Origin: Heterodontus francisci
Taxonomy: Eukaryota
Assembly (NCBI RefSeq): GCF_036365525.1
Contig: NC_090404.1
Span: 3,968,001 to 4,032,000 of the forward strand
DNA: 64,000 bases
Direction: 5' to 3'
Both the position numbers and the translations under genes were made by a program. Positions 36,807 through 48,270 of this stretch are shown one piece after another. The number at the start of each line of letters is the position of its first letter. The first letter of the stretch is position 1. The notes beneath the pieces are model-generated. The model was not told the DNA's origin, made no database searches, and was given only the letters and a program-made list of their open reading frames with translations.

Positions 36807-38210
36807 CTGTAGAACAGAAATGAGAGTCAAAGAAATCTCCATCTTCAGGATCAGGACGCGAGTATTTAACTATCACTTTCTTCAGGAGGGGAAAAACACC
36901 TTTCACTTCAACACTGTCGTTCATGGGAAGAGCAACGATTTGTAAAATCTGGGACATCCAAGCGGATCACATCTGTGCTGAATATAATGGCTCTGTCACC
37001 CCAGGACATGAGCTACACATGAAATTCATAGTGGCTCAAAACGAATGAAATTACGAATTTTAGGACCAACTAGAAACAAAGTTAATGTTCTGGTGCCTTG
37101 TCAGTATATTTGGGGAGATGAAAATGTTCAGCAACCAGTCAGAGGAGGGGCGAAAGGTCGGTAAAATGCAGTCCCAAGGTTTTTGTTTTTGTGTGGTGAG
37201 GAATAATTCGCAATACCGGATGAGATAGTTTTCTAATATCTGCCACGAGTGAGTATTTCTCGTGTGTCGGCATGGCGTTAGAAGGCGATCTGACCACAGG
37301 ACTGTAATAAGAGCATAAGAATAAGAGTAGGCCATTCAGCCCCTCGAGCGCGTTCCGCCATTCAATTACACGATGGCTGAATTGTATCTTAATTCTGTTT
37401 ACCCATATATAACCCTTAATACCCTTACCTGTCAGAAATCTATCACTCGCAACATTAAAGTTTTCAATGGATGTCAAGCTTCTAAAGTGAGTTGGGGGAG
37501 AGAATTCCAGAGTACCGCTATCTACTGTGTGAACACTCCCTTCCTGATATCATTCCTGAATGACCATGGTCCAATCTGAAGGTTATGCCCCCTTGTTCTG
37601 AAGTTCCTCACCAGAGGAAATATTTTTCTCCATTGACTCCATCAATTCCAGTAAACATCTTAACCACCTCATTTAGATCACCCTTTAATCTTCTATACTC
37701 AAAGCAATACCAGTTTGGCCTGTGAAACCTGTCCTCATAACTTAACCCGATCAGCCCCGTTATCATTATGGTCAATTCTTGTTGCACCACTCCCAAGGCC
37801 AATACACTCTTCCTGTGCTCTACAGTCCAGAATTGAACACAGTTTTCTAAATAGGGTAGATGCTCTTTATGGCACCTGATTCCGAGGCCGTTACCAAGAA
37901 AGGGTTCCAGATGCCGATTGCTGCTCCGTGTATGATTAGCCCATTCAGGATAAAGCTGATATACAGGCCACCTCACTCACTACATGACATCACAGTCGAG
38001 CTAAACATTCTTTCATGATGTGATGACATGTTGAACCGTGAGCAATCCTAATTTCTAATTTCTAAATCCTAAACTCACAGCGAAATAACACATAAAAACT
38101 GCACGATGGCGATTTAGAAATTGTTCTTTTTACTAATTCCAATAAATTCCTGACTTTCAGTAACATGGAGTACAGAAAGATGTGGAGCTTCCTGGGACTG
38201 TGCCTCTTAC

Positions 38211-38528
38211 CTGGAGATCCGGTGATGTTTCGGCTTTGGATGACCGCTTGATGAGAGACCTGGCAGGTATAGACCGTGTTGGTGAACCATTCCCGAGCGG
38301 GGACTGTCAGCCGACTGGTCGCTGAGAAGTTCCCGTTCGTTTCACAGGCGGGAGAGGTAACGAAGCCCGATTCCATGGGATGTCCATCCTTCAACCAACT
38401 CACGGTTATTGCTTCTGGATGGAAATCGATGATTGAACACACGACAGTTGCAAATCTGCTGCTTGTGATTTCTTCACTGGAAGTCTGGGTGAGGATAACA
38501 GTTGGATGGACGATGTCACCTTTACAAT
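38211..38528 (-). CDS. IGHM: IgM constant exon Cmu2
   Basis: [11 protein letters not shown]...[16 protein letters not shown]...YTCQVSH; 318 nt, phase 1. Confidence 0.95.
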
Positions 38529-38740
38529 CTTCAAGAAAAAACATGTTAGACATTTCGAGAAGAAATTAATAACTAATACAAACTGCTCTTATATTTTAAC
38601 AGGTTATTTGCATCAAGCAGGCACTAACTGATGTTTCCAGGGGTCTGAACTGTGCACAACACTCTAAATGTGGAATAGCCAAAGTTCTACACAAGATCCG
38701 TCGAGCTTTTCTGTTTTTCCACAGTTTCCACAACACTAAC

Positions 38741-39037
38741 CTGGAATTTCCTTGATCCAGAGCGACTCTCCACGTCGAACCTCGCAGTAGATTTTGCTGC
38801 TTCCCACCTCTGACTCGGTGATGGTTAACTGGCTGCTCAGGGTGTAGGTTCCCTTCTTGTTCAGCACTGACGGGTAAGTCTTCAAACCAGTGGTGATCGG
38901 TTCTTTACCTTTCTTCCAGGAAACGCTGGTGATTTGGGGGATGTAGTCCATCGCCAAACAGCCGTAGGCCATGGAGCCGTCGGTGTTGGGTTGTTCACAG
39001 GAGCACAGGCCGTAAAGGGTTGGGGGAGACGGTGTCG
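38741..39037 (-). CDS. IGHM: IgM constant exon Cmu1
   Basis: [14 protein letters not shown]...GCLAMDY...[16 protein letters not shown]; C1-set domain, phase-1 splice sites, 297 nt. Confidence 0.95.
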
Positions 39038-40719
39038 CTAGGAAAGAATGGCAAATTGAACAAGTTAGACTGTGATTCATGCTTACTAAATAACCAGACA
39101 ACTCGGAATTCGACTCCAGCTGGAAATTGATTCCAATATTTTCCGATTAAAACCTTCATCCGCATTTGAGCTGCGATCAGTTACATCATTTGGTGATCAT
39201 CACCTGTGGGTCCCCTGGTCAGGAACACACCTCTCTTTCAGGACCTGTCACATTACAAAAGTAAGAGCCTTTTGAAGTTATCTCAATAAGGTATTTTTCA
39301 TTGGATTAAACTGAAAGAGGAGTTTCTCCGCTTTGTTCGGCCAATATTTATTTCTGACCCAACAGCAATTGGTCAAAAAACACGCGGCGTTTATTAATTG
39401 CAGTTGTTGGAAATTTCTTCTCTGCAAATTGACTGCTGGGTTGCCCCACACCTCCACCTCCTCCCAGCGCCCCTCCCCACCACCAGCAGACCACCCCGCC
39501 CCCCCTCCCCCTCCAAGAAAATAGCAACTACTCTGAAAAAGTGTCATTGGAATGCGTGCTTATAAAATGAACTTAATACTGTAAACTTGAATACCAGGCA
39601 AATTCGTTCCATTATTTTCCCATAAAAACCTACAATACATCCGAGCATGTTTATGACCCAGGGTGATGAATTCAAAGACATGATAGCTGAGAAGAAGGCC
39701 ATTCGGTCCATCAGGCCTGTGAAAGATCACTCCAGCGATCTCGCTGACCTTCCAATTCCTAATCTTCTTTTCAAAATTTCATTTTATCCAGCTATTTTAG
39801 ATTCTATTTATAGCCCTCTTTCTGATAGGACAATCCAGATCCTAACAACCCCCTGTGTAGAAAAGTAGATTCATACCCTCTTCCTTCATTCTTTTGACGC
39901 TGATTTTAAATCAGTGCCCTCTACAGACCAACTCACTGATCTGGGCAAATTGGTATCTGAATTTCTGTATAAAACATTCATTATTCAAAACACCTCTACC
40001 AGACTTCATTTTAATCTTCTATGTTCCCATAATATTGAAGAACTTTTACAAGAAATAGTTGAAGTCTACTTTAAAATATGGACTGAATCATTTAGTACAC
40101 AGATTTCAGAGGGGATTTTTTACACAGCCTAGTTTCTGGAATTAAAGTTTTTAATGACTCGGCAATGACTCTAAGCTACCACTTTCCTTTTCAGGACTTG
40201 AAGATTGTGACTTCTGTTCTATATTATTCGACTGATTGGATTCTCTGGAGTTTGCTTCTCCCTCCAACCCAAATAATAAACCGAATTAAATCCGATTCCT
40301 AAAAATCGGTCATTTGGACTGATGCGCTTTAAATGGTCCATTTAATTTTCCAAAGTATCTTCCCACCCCTCACCAGTGAGAACTGGTGTTGCTGACTGTG
40401 TCGTTACAGACACCTCTTCTTGCTGCTTGCACCGCCCATAATGTGAACATCAGGACAGGGTTCTTCTACAAATATCTGATATTGTCATTACTTACACATT
40501 ATAAATCGAGTGAATATCAGTCGGTTCCATGGAAGGACGGACAAAAGTTCCTGAAGTGTTACTGCTGACATGGTCAACTCTCACTTCTGATTTGTGTGGA
40601 CAATTTAAACACCTGAGGCCTATCGGTCAGATATTGGAAGCTCGCTCACCAATATGATGTAAAAGAGGTTGCCGGTTATGGTGGCGCAATAGTAGGACAT
40701 ATGGGCTTTCAAATGGCAT

Positions 40720-41600
40720 TAGATAACATGTCACGTAAGAGAACATTCAGAAAATGGAAGCGCGTGGATTAAAGGGGTCTTAGTAACCTGTTCAGGTACA
40801 GGAAACAGAGAGTGACGGTGAACCAATGATTTTCTGACTGGAGAGAATTAAGCATTGTGATCCCCCCTTGGTTCGGTCATAGGGTCATTATTATTTTTGT
40901 TAAATATAATGACGTGGTACTGGGTATGGGGCGTAGAATTTCGAAGGTCAAAGATGATACAAAACAAATAGTGAGCAGGATACTATCAGAGTTCAGAAGG
41001 ACATGGGCAGGTGAAATGTTCAGAGACAGAGCAAATGCAATTTAATGCGGTTAAATGTGAAGTGCTGGACCTTTTGAGGAACAACACGGAAAGTTAATGC
41101 AATCTAAATGGTCCTATATTCAAGGGGTAGAAATGTAGAGGGACCAGAGTTGCATATTCACAATGTTTTTTTTCAAGGTGGTTAAGAAAGCGAATGGAAT
41201 ACTTGGTCTTGGTAAAATGGAGTACGAATTACAAAAAACCAGGAAGTCATATTAAAGTATTACTAATCACTAATTAGGCTGGAGTATTTTTGCACAATTC
41301 TGGCCATCACACTTTCGAAAGGATGTCAAGGCATTGGGGGGATTGTAGAGGGAGTTTACCAGACTGATGCCAGGAATGAGGGAGTTCAGTTATATAGAGT
41401 TATTATACGAGCCGAATTGTTCTCGTTAGGCGGTTACCGATTAGTTATGTTCAAAATTATGAGATGTTTTGATACAGCAGATAAGGAAAAACTATTTCCT
41501 CTGAAAAATGGGTCAGTAACAAAATAATTAATTGTCAAAAAAGAGCGTGGGCGGGTGGTGGCTGTGGAAAAAGGTTTCTTTCCTGACAGAGGGTGCTTTT
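40720..41600 (+). mobile_element. Old CR1 fragment in the JH-Cmu1 intron
   Basis: Decayed similarity to the CR1 RT 3' half. Confidence 0.65.
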
Positions 41601-42539
41601 CACAGAAGCATAGAACGATTACACCACAAAAGGAGGCCATTCAGCCCGCCGTGTCTGTGCCGGTTCTCTGCAGGCGAAACCGGACATATCCTTGAAGGAC
41701 ATTAATTTGCGTGGCTATGAGGGAAAAACTGGCTTGTAAGATTAAATTGGAGAGCGCTTTGAGAGCTAACACAGGCATGATGGGCTGAATGGCCACATTC
41801 TCTGTGAGAACTTTCTATCATTCTACCCGACTCAGTCGTATTAGTTATCCCCAATTTAATGGGACGAAAAGCTTCATAAATTTTAACATCTCTGTGACAT
41901 ATATTTTGTTGCTTTTTATAATGAAAGAGGGTTTTTAAAATAAGAGGTTCTGAGCGATTTTATTCAAATGAGTCAATCAGATACTGTCAGAGACTTAAAG
42001 CATATTGTGATTGACATTGATTGCAGGCTAATGATATCACTTCAAAAATTTCACAAGAGCTTACTACAGTGGCTCTGTGCCCTCTGCTGTGACACAATCC
42101 AATGATTGCATCTCCCCAGAGTTTATCACTGACTGTGACCTTTTGAAAATACTTGAACTAAATAATGATTTCAAACATGAGAATATCATGATGGTTATTT
42201 GGAGTGGGAGTCTCCACTATCTCCATTTAAAGCGCCAAAATAACTTCCAGTCTCCCATCAGATCAGAACAGGCGTTGGTCTCTGGAGCGTTACAATCACT
42301 TCCTGAAACTGTTTGTTCTGAAAGTGCACTCAAAATCAGGCCAATCTCATTCAATAATTATCTGAAACTTAATATGTTTAAATATTATTAATTCATTAAA
42401 ATTTGGCCAAGAATTAATGTTAAAATCAATTCATGTGCGTTGTTTCATCTGGACAATTGAATAATTTATATTCATATATCTGGGTCGAGGACTCACAGTT
42501 TATGAGTTCGTTGCAGATTGAGATTCCTTGAACACTGTG

Positions 42540-42900
42540 GGGAAAACATTCTCAGATCAGGTACAGGACAGTTAAGCTGCAAAGTAAAGATCCCTCTATA
42601 CGGCCCTATCATGCGTTGTAATCTCAGACATCGCAAGTGTTATATTCCGTAGAAAGCTGCCTCTACACTACACTGTCACTCTGGGTCAGGTACAGCATCA
42701 GTTTAATATAAAATAAAAATTCCCTCTACGCTGTCCCATCAAATATATCCAGGACAGGTTCAATCCGGTTTAGATACTGAGTAATTCCTCCCTCTGCGCT
42801 GTCCCCATCAAGTAGTCCCAGGACAGTTACAATATAGATTAAATATACAGTAAAACTTCCTCTACATTGCCGAATCAATCACTCCCAAGGGAGGAGCATT
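42540..42900. repeat. ~70-bp tandem repeat (cccaggacagg...gtaaa..tccctctac.ctgtccc)
   Basis: About 5 degenerate units; a reverse copy lies at ~31600-31800. Confidence 0.7.
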
Positions 42901-45900
42901 ACTGATTACAAACTGACCAAATCCCCTTCGACAGTCCGTCTGTTGTGTCTCTGAACTGTTATTTCTGACTGCCTCAGACTGGAATTATGATCTCATTGCT
43001 GAGGCGCCTCATCAAACTTAAAGTCAAACTTTTAGGTTTCTCGGGGGTACAAGTTTCTTAATTAAATGGATCAAGTTGCATTCCTTGAAATGAAACGAAC
43101 CAGTCTGTTTGCAACCTGCAGGGAGGATTCCTCGTCCTGACACAGTGAGCAGGCGCACAGAAACAGAACAGACACAAACGGTGCAACAATCGGGCTCTCA
43201 GCAGTTAGATCTGTTCAATTGTCAATTTCAATGAAGCTGTTTTATTCTAGTTCATCAATTGTCAAATTGTGACCACTCCAAATCTGTATACTCTTTGAAA
43301 TTAAACTGATATTCATTTCAAAAACTCCCTTCGACCTCCAAGTGTTTCTCCCTGTCTGTTTACAATCTTAAAAGCATGTAAGAAAGTTTCACTTAAAATG
43401 AGTACATCAGAAGAATACACATTCAGGAAAATTAGATGTCCATAACCAGAACTCAGTGACAGAGTAAGAATTTAGAAAATCAGGAGTTATTTATCTTGCA
43501 AACTGATTACCCACTGGTTTGATACAATTTCATAATTCAATTTTACAAAATAAAAAGTTGAACCACTGCTCAAAGTTAATTCATTAAAATCTGCGGTGAT
43601 ACTTGATTGAGCTGAGAACAGCTGAGTAAGAAATATATTGTTCTCTAAGTTATTGCTAGACATAATGAAAAAATCTCTCCGATTCTTGAGATTTTGCACT
43701 CATTGGAATCCTGGCAAGTATACTATTGAATTGTGGGAGGTCATTTATGTTTAGTGAATTAGCACTATTATATTCTAAGCTAATATTCATGTTAGCTGAT
43801 TTTATACTGTATTTATCATTTATAAATAAATAAAAATAAATAAATTAGTTAATATTACTTCAAGACCAGTTTCTGCCTGGCACCTTGTGAATTAATGGAG
43901 TTTTAATTAAGTCATTATGACACTTTATCAATATTAAATAATCAACGTCATATGAATAGATGAAAACCTTCAGACAAATATATTACATCATGCTGAAATC
44001 GAATCACAGTGCAATAATTTAAAATGAACAATAACTTCTAGTCCCGCCCTGCTTTCTCTCTACAAACTTGTAAACTGCGCAGGTATCTGAATGCGTTGAT
44101 ATATTATAAGCTCCTACCATTCTCAGCGAGTATTTCACACAATGGATTTAGCCTGGCCGGGGTCACATGTCACTAACTGGGCTGTCACATAGCCTGTTTG
44201 TGAAAGCAGCTCTCCCGTGTTTAAATATCGTTATAAATCTTAACTATATGAGATAAAATATCAAAAACATCCGGGCACTTTGTGATCAGTAACTGTGCTG
44301 CCACTATTTAATCACACGATGTTTTTAGATTTTACTCCCGTAATTCACACAGTCCCTGTAAATTAATTGCTAAATATATTGTGATTTTTATTGAAAGAAG
44401 TTCCAAAATGATCACTGCAAAACTGGACGTAAACAACTCTTTCAGATCATCTGTGACATTGAAACCTAATGAGCAAATGTAGCCGAGATTTGGCGGATCA
44501 ATTTAATATTTATTAAGCATAACTCTCAGGTATAATCTGTTCTTTGTCTATCATTCCATCCTGCGTGCAGCACAACTATGGGAGACAGGATGTTGTTACT
44601 GAATTCAAAACTAACATTAAACTTTTGTAATTAATTGAATCTGCTTGAATTTCCAGGTGTTATTTGTTTGTCTTTAGCCTTACGCAGTCTGCAAGTTTCT
44701 TCAATTTAAATAAAATCATATGCACAATTCTTTGACTGCCATTGACCTCTTGTCCCAGGAAAATGGTTAATATTAGATTAGTGATAATTATCTCACTGTC
44801 CAACAACAAATGACATTGAAGAAAGAATATGGAAGAACATGAACGCAAAGAATGTAATAACCGGACAGATATATTACACTGACAAACTGCAATTTACAGC
44901 GCCTATTTAAGTTGTAAGTAAATACAAGCTGACATTCAACTGTTTTAATCAGGAATATCACAATTAATTTAAAAGCGCTCATTAACCTGAAAACAGCACT
45001 GGAATAAGTACACTGTTATTGAAATAATTTCAAGCACAATTAAAAATAGTTTCCAGTCATAAAGTTTTCCGGTCACGACAATTGTGCGCTTGGCACGCCA
45101 GAACTGTAAAAGACGATTCATGAATAATGAATCGATCTTAATATGAAAGCGTATTTGGTTTATATGAGGACATATTGCCGCATTATAATTGTTTGAATTG
45201 TATTAATTTTACTCTCCAATCTGCAAACCTGCTACTTATTCAGTTTGTAATTGCAGTAACATTTTACGGATTGAAGGAGCGTTACAAACCATGGCTTTAC
45301 AGTTCAATCTGCAATTATCATTTAAATTTTTTTAAATGCCTTGAAATATCTTTTTTTTTATTTCTGAAATCTGCCTGTTATCCGGCTTTCGAATCGTCTT
45401 TGAAACAGTTTCAAACAAATAGAATGTATCCATTTGATCAGAAAACCTGCAGCCGCTCGGTGTCACCCGGGTTCAACAAAGCAGAAACGCCAAATAGTTT
45501 TACAAATTTTACTTTGTAACACAGAGACACACTCTCCTCAGCAGATAACCTCCAACTCACATCACTGAGGGGCTGAATCCCACCTCAGTACGTTTCAAGG
45601 CGAAGCAGCTTAATTCCACAATCACTTTCAGTAGAATCAAATGTAACATCCCAAAAAAAACATCTCAATACAGAATCCACCGAGCCTGCCTGTCTCTGAA
45701 TTACCAAATATATAAAATAATGGCAGCAGATTTGTTAGGACAGAGAGCATGTTTAATAAATTAATATTGATTCTGTAGCATATTTCATTTATATTGCCTG
45801 ATATCACTGCATTATTAAAAGTGAGGTTATATTAATGTAAATCTGGCCAAAGCTGCAAATTTGTTATTTCTGTAATTCTTAATTACATCAAAATTTATTG

Positions 45901-46411
45901 TATTACATCTGAGCATTCGTAAGCAGTAGATTGATAGATAGCAATTTAATTACCACAAATAAAAATAGATCAAAATATCAGAAGGCTATTTTTGACCACT
46001 GAAGCTTTCTGCATAATTTTATTTCAAACATATTTAAAGACTTATTGTTTCTATTAGATCAGAAAACCTGCAGCAACTAGATGTCACCCAGATTAAACAT
46101 TGCAGAAACGTCAAACGGTTTAAATACCAAACAGTTTGGTATTTAAAGTAGCCCAAACGCTCAGTCCCATCAACAAATAAACACCAAATCACATCAATCT
46201 GGAGCTGAATCCTTCAACAGCACCGTGTATAAAGAAACCATTAAGTTCTTTAATCCCTTAGCAGCAGAATCACATAAAACATTGCAACAAATTCGCAATA
46301 TAGAATCCACCAAATCCACTTTTCAGTGAACGAATGTATCATTACAATAAACAGAAATATAAAATTAAAAACACAAATAAAACAGTTAATGAAGAAATGT
46401 ATGTTTCTTAC

Positions 46412-46459
46412 CTGCAGTCACCGTCACCATGGTCCCTTGTCCCCAGTACTCAAGATAGT
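46412..46459 (-). CDS. IGHJ: IgH JH segment (YLEYWGQGTMVTVTA) with 23-RSS
   Basis: WGxG motif, G|gtaag donor, upstream GGTTATTGT-23-CAATGTG (46460-46498). Confidence 0.95.
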
Positions 46460-46837
46460 CACATTGTTACATTCCCTGGGCTGGGTCACACAATAACCGG
46501 CTCTGCACAGAATAGTGAGAAATCCATTATTATTTTAAATATCCACACTCCAGAGGCAAAATAAAATCTTGATGGTTCTTTGTAAAATTATAACTGCGTT
46601 AATAATTCTTTTCACTCTTTATAAATTTCCCTGATGTTTTATATATCAGCAATTATTGAAATCACCAACTGATGAATGAATAATTAATCCGTTTATCCAT
46701 AATAAACCGTGCTAGGAGGACAGTGCTGGACACAAATAGTACTTCACTGTATATATAGTTGGATTGTTAAAGCGAGCACTGACCCAGACTCATCAATTAG
46801 TGTTGAGGGAGTTTTTGTATTGACAGTAACTGCTGTG

Positions 46838-46850
46838 CCACCCAGTATAT
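46838..46850 (-). other. IgH D2 segment (ATATACTGGGTGG), 12/12 RSS
   Basis: AGTATTTGA-12-CACTGTG (46851-46878) and CACAGCA-12-ACAAAAACT (46810-46837). Confidence 0.92.
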
Positions 46851-47227
46851 CACAGTGAGACATCCCGTGTCAAATACTGCGGCGGACTGTTAACTGTAAA
46901 ATACAGAGATTACATTTCACAGCGATCTCAAAAACATGATTGCGATCCCCCTAAGAGTACATCAGTGAGATAATTCAGTTTATACCAGTCATTATATTTA
47001 TAAAGAGATCGGAATATTTCAGAATCATCTGTGCTGATTTAGCGTGACAGTCAACATGAATAAAGCAGGAGACTTTTATACAATTTTACAAATCTATATT
47101 GTATTTCCCCAATTTTATATTTAATCCTCATTGTTTATGGACCATCCGCCATGTTAGTGATCGCTGGTTTGAGCAAACTCCCTGTCTGGGATTTTTGTAT
47201 GAAGAACTCGCTCTGTACAGCACCGTG

Positions 47228-47242
47228 ACCCACTATAGTACC
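47228..47242 (-). other. IgH D1 segment (GGTACTATAGTGGGT), 12-RSS 5' and 22-RSS 3'
   Basis: AGTATTTGT-12-CACTGTG (47243-47270) and CACGGTG-22-ACAAAAATC (47190-47227). Confidence 0.93.
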
Positions 47243-47654
47243 CACAGTGACACGAACCTGCACAAATACTGCACTCACTCTCTGTTCAGTACTGCCTCCC
47301 AATATTCACTTCAAATAAAAATTCACTTCTGATCTAATTCAGAATATATCCAAAAGTTTATACCATGCAGTAGGAATTGAACCCAGCTCCAAGTAACGCC
47401 CTCCAGGTATCACTCCCATTAAAAAACTAGCATCTTATCCAGATCTGCAATTGCTGACACTGTTAACATTAAAAATCAGCACAGCCAAAATTACTCATCA
47501 GTTAGTGTCTTAGATTTGTACCATTGAATTTTCACTATGCTAGTTCTGTGAGAGACAATCTATGGCCTGGTTCTGAACACCGCCGTTAATATTGTATTTA
47601 ATAAAATTACTGACCGTCAGTTTATGATGGAAGTTGTCGAATTCTCTCTCCATA

Positions 47655-47693
47655 TGTTCTTGTACATGTCCAGCCCTGGTTCCTCTCATTGTG
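47655..47693 (-). other. VH 23-RSS
   Basis: CACAATG-23 bp-ACAAGAACA. Confidence 0.9.
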
Positions 47694-47998
47694 ATCACTG
47701 GCACAGTAATATATAGCGGTGTCTTCAGTCTTCAGGCTCTTCATGTCCAAAGCGAAGATGTTGTTTGAAGTGTCTTTGGACGCAGTAAATCGATCTTTAA
47801 TCTCTGGGGCGTAAGCATTGTTGGATGAACTGTAGTAGCTAACCAGCCACTCCAGCCCCTGTCCGGGAACCTGCCGGACCCAGAACATCCAGTAGCTGCC
47901 AAGAGTGAACCCGCTGGTTTTACAGGTCAGTCTCAGGGAGCCTCCGGGTTTCCCGGTCTCTGCCTCTGGCTGAGTCAACACGACATCCGAATGGACAC
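47694..47998 (-). CDS. IGHV: IgH VH exon, intact
   Basis: acag acceptor; [22 protein letters not shown]...[12 protein letters not shown]...[10 protein letters not shown] with both Cys and the Trp. Confidence 0.96.
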
Positions 47999-48125
47999 CT
48001 GTAAAAAATATCAAAAACCCCGAGGATTAATCCTGGTGAAATGATTCTTTACTCTGTAACATTCCAGAGAGGGACTAATACTAAAACAGTAACAGTGAGA
48101 GACTCGGACAATAAAAACTACTCAC

Positions 48126-48171
48126 GGGATAAGAAAACCAGTAACAGACTGAGAGAAATCGCCGACCTCAT
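48126..48171 (-). CDS. IGHV: IgH VH leader exon (MRSAISLSLLLVFLS)
   Basis: ATG, hydrophobic 15-aa signal, phase-1 donor C|gtgag. Confidence 0.92.
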
Positions 48172-48261
48172 CCTTCTGCCAATTTGGGGGAAATGGTTCT
48201 GGTAAGAACTCACTGAGCAAACCGGCTCCCGTACTGTTGGATTGCGGTCCCAGTGACCGGC

Positions 48262-48270
48262 ATTTAAATA
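48262..48270 (-). promoter_or_regulatory. TATA-like box of VH promoter
   Basis: TATTTAAAT ~90 bp upstream of the leader ATG. Confidence 0.55.

Larger units (their letters stand above)
32563..48171 (-). other. IGHM: Complete shark-type IgM heavy-chain cluster (L-VH-D1-D2-JH-Cmu1-4/sec-TM1-TM2), unrearranged
   Basis: All exons read open with GT/AG sites in matching phases; all six RSSs present; segments are not germline-joined. Confidence 0.96.

Noticed and set aside
38606-38613. Octamer ATTTGCAT in the Cmu1-Cmu2 intron (also 51148)
   Set aside because: Isolated 8-mers also occur inside repeats here; no supporting motif cluster.
43141-43180. CACAGTG with ACACAAACG in the JH-Cmu intron as an extra RSS
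   Set aside because: Spacer is 24 bp, with no adjacent coding segment or partner RSS; likely chance.
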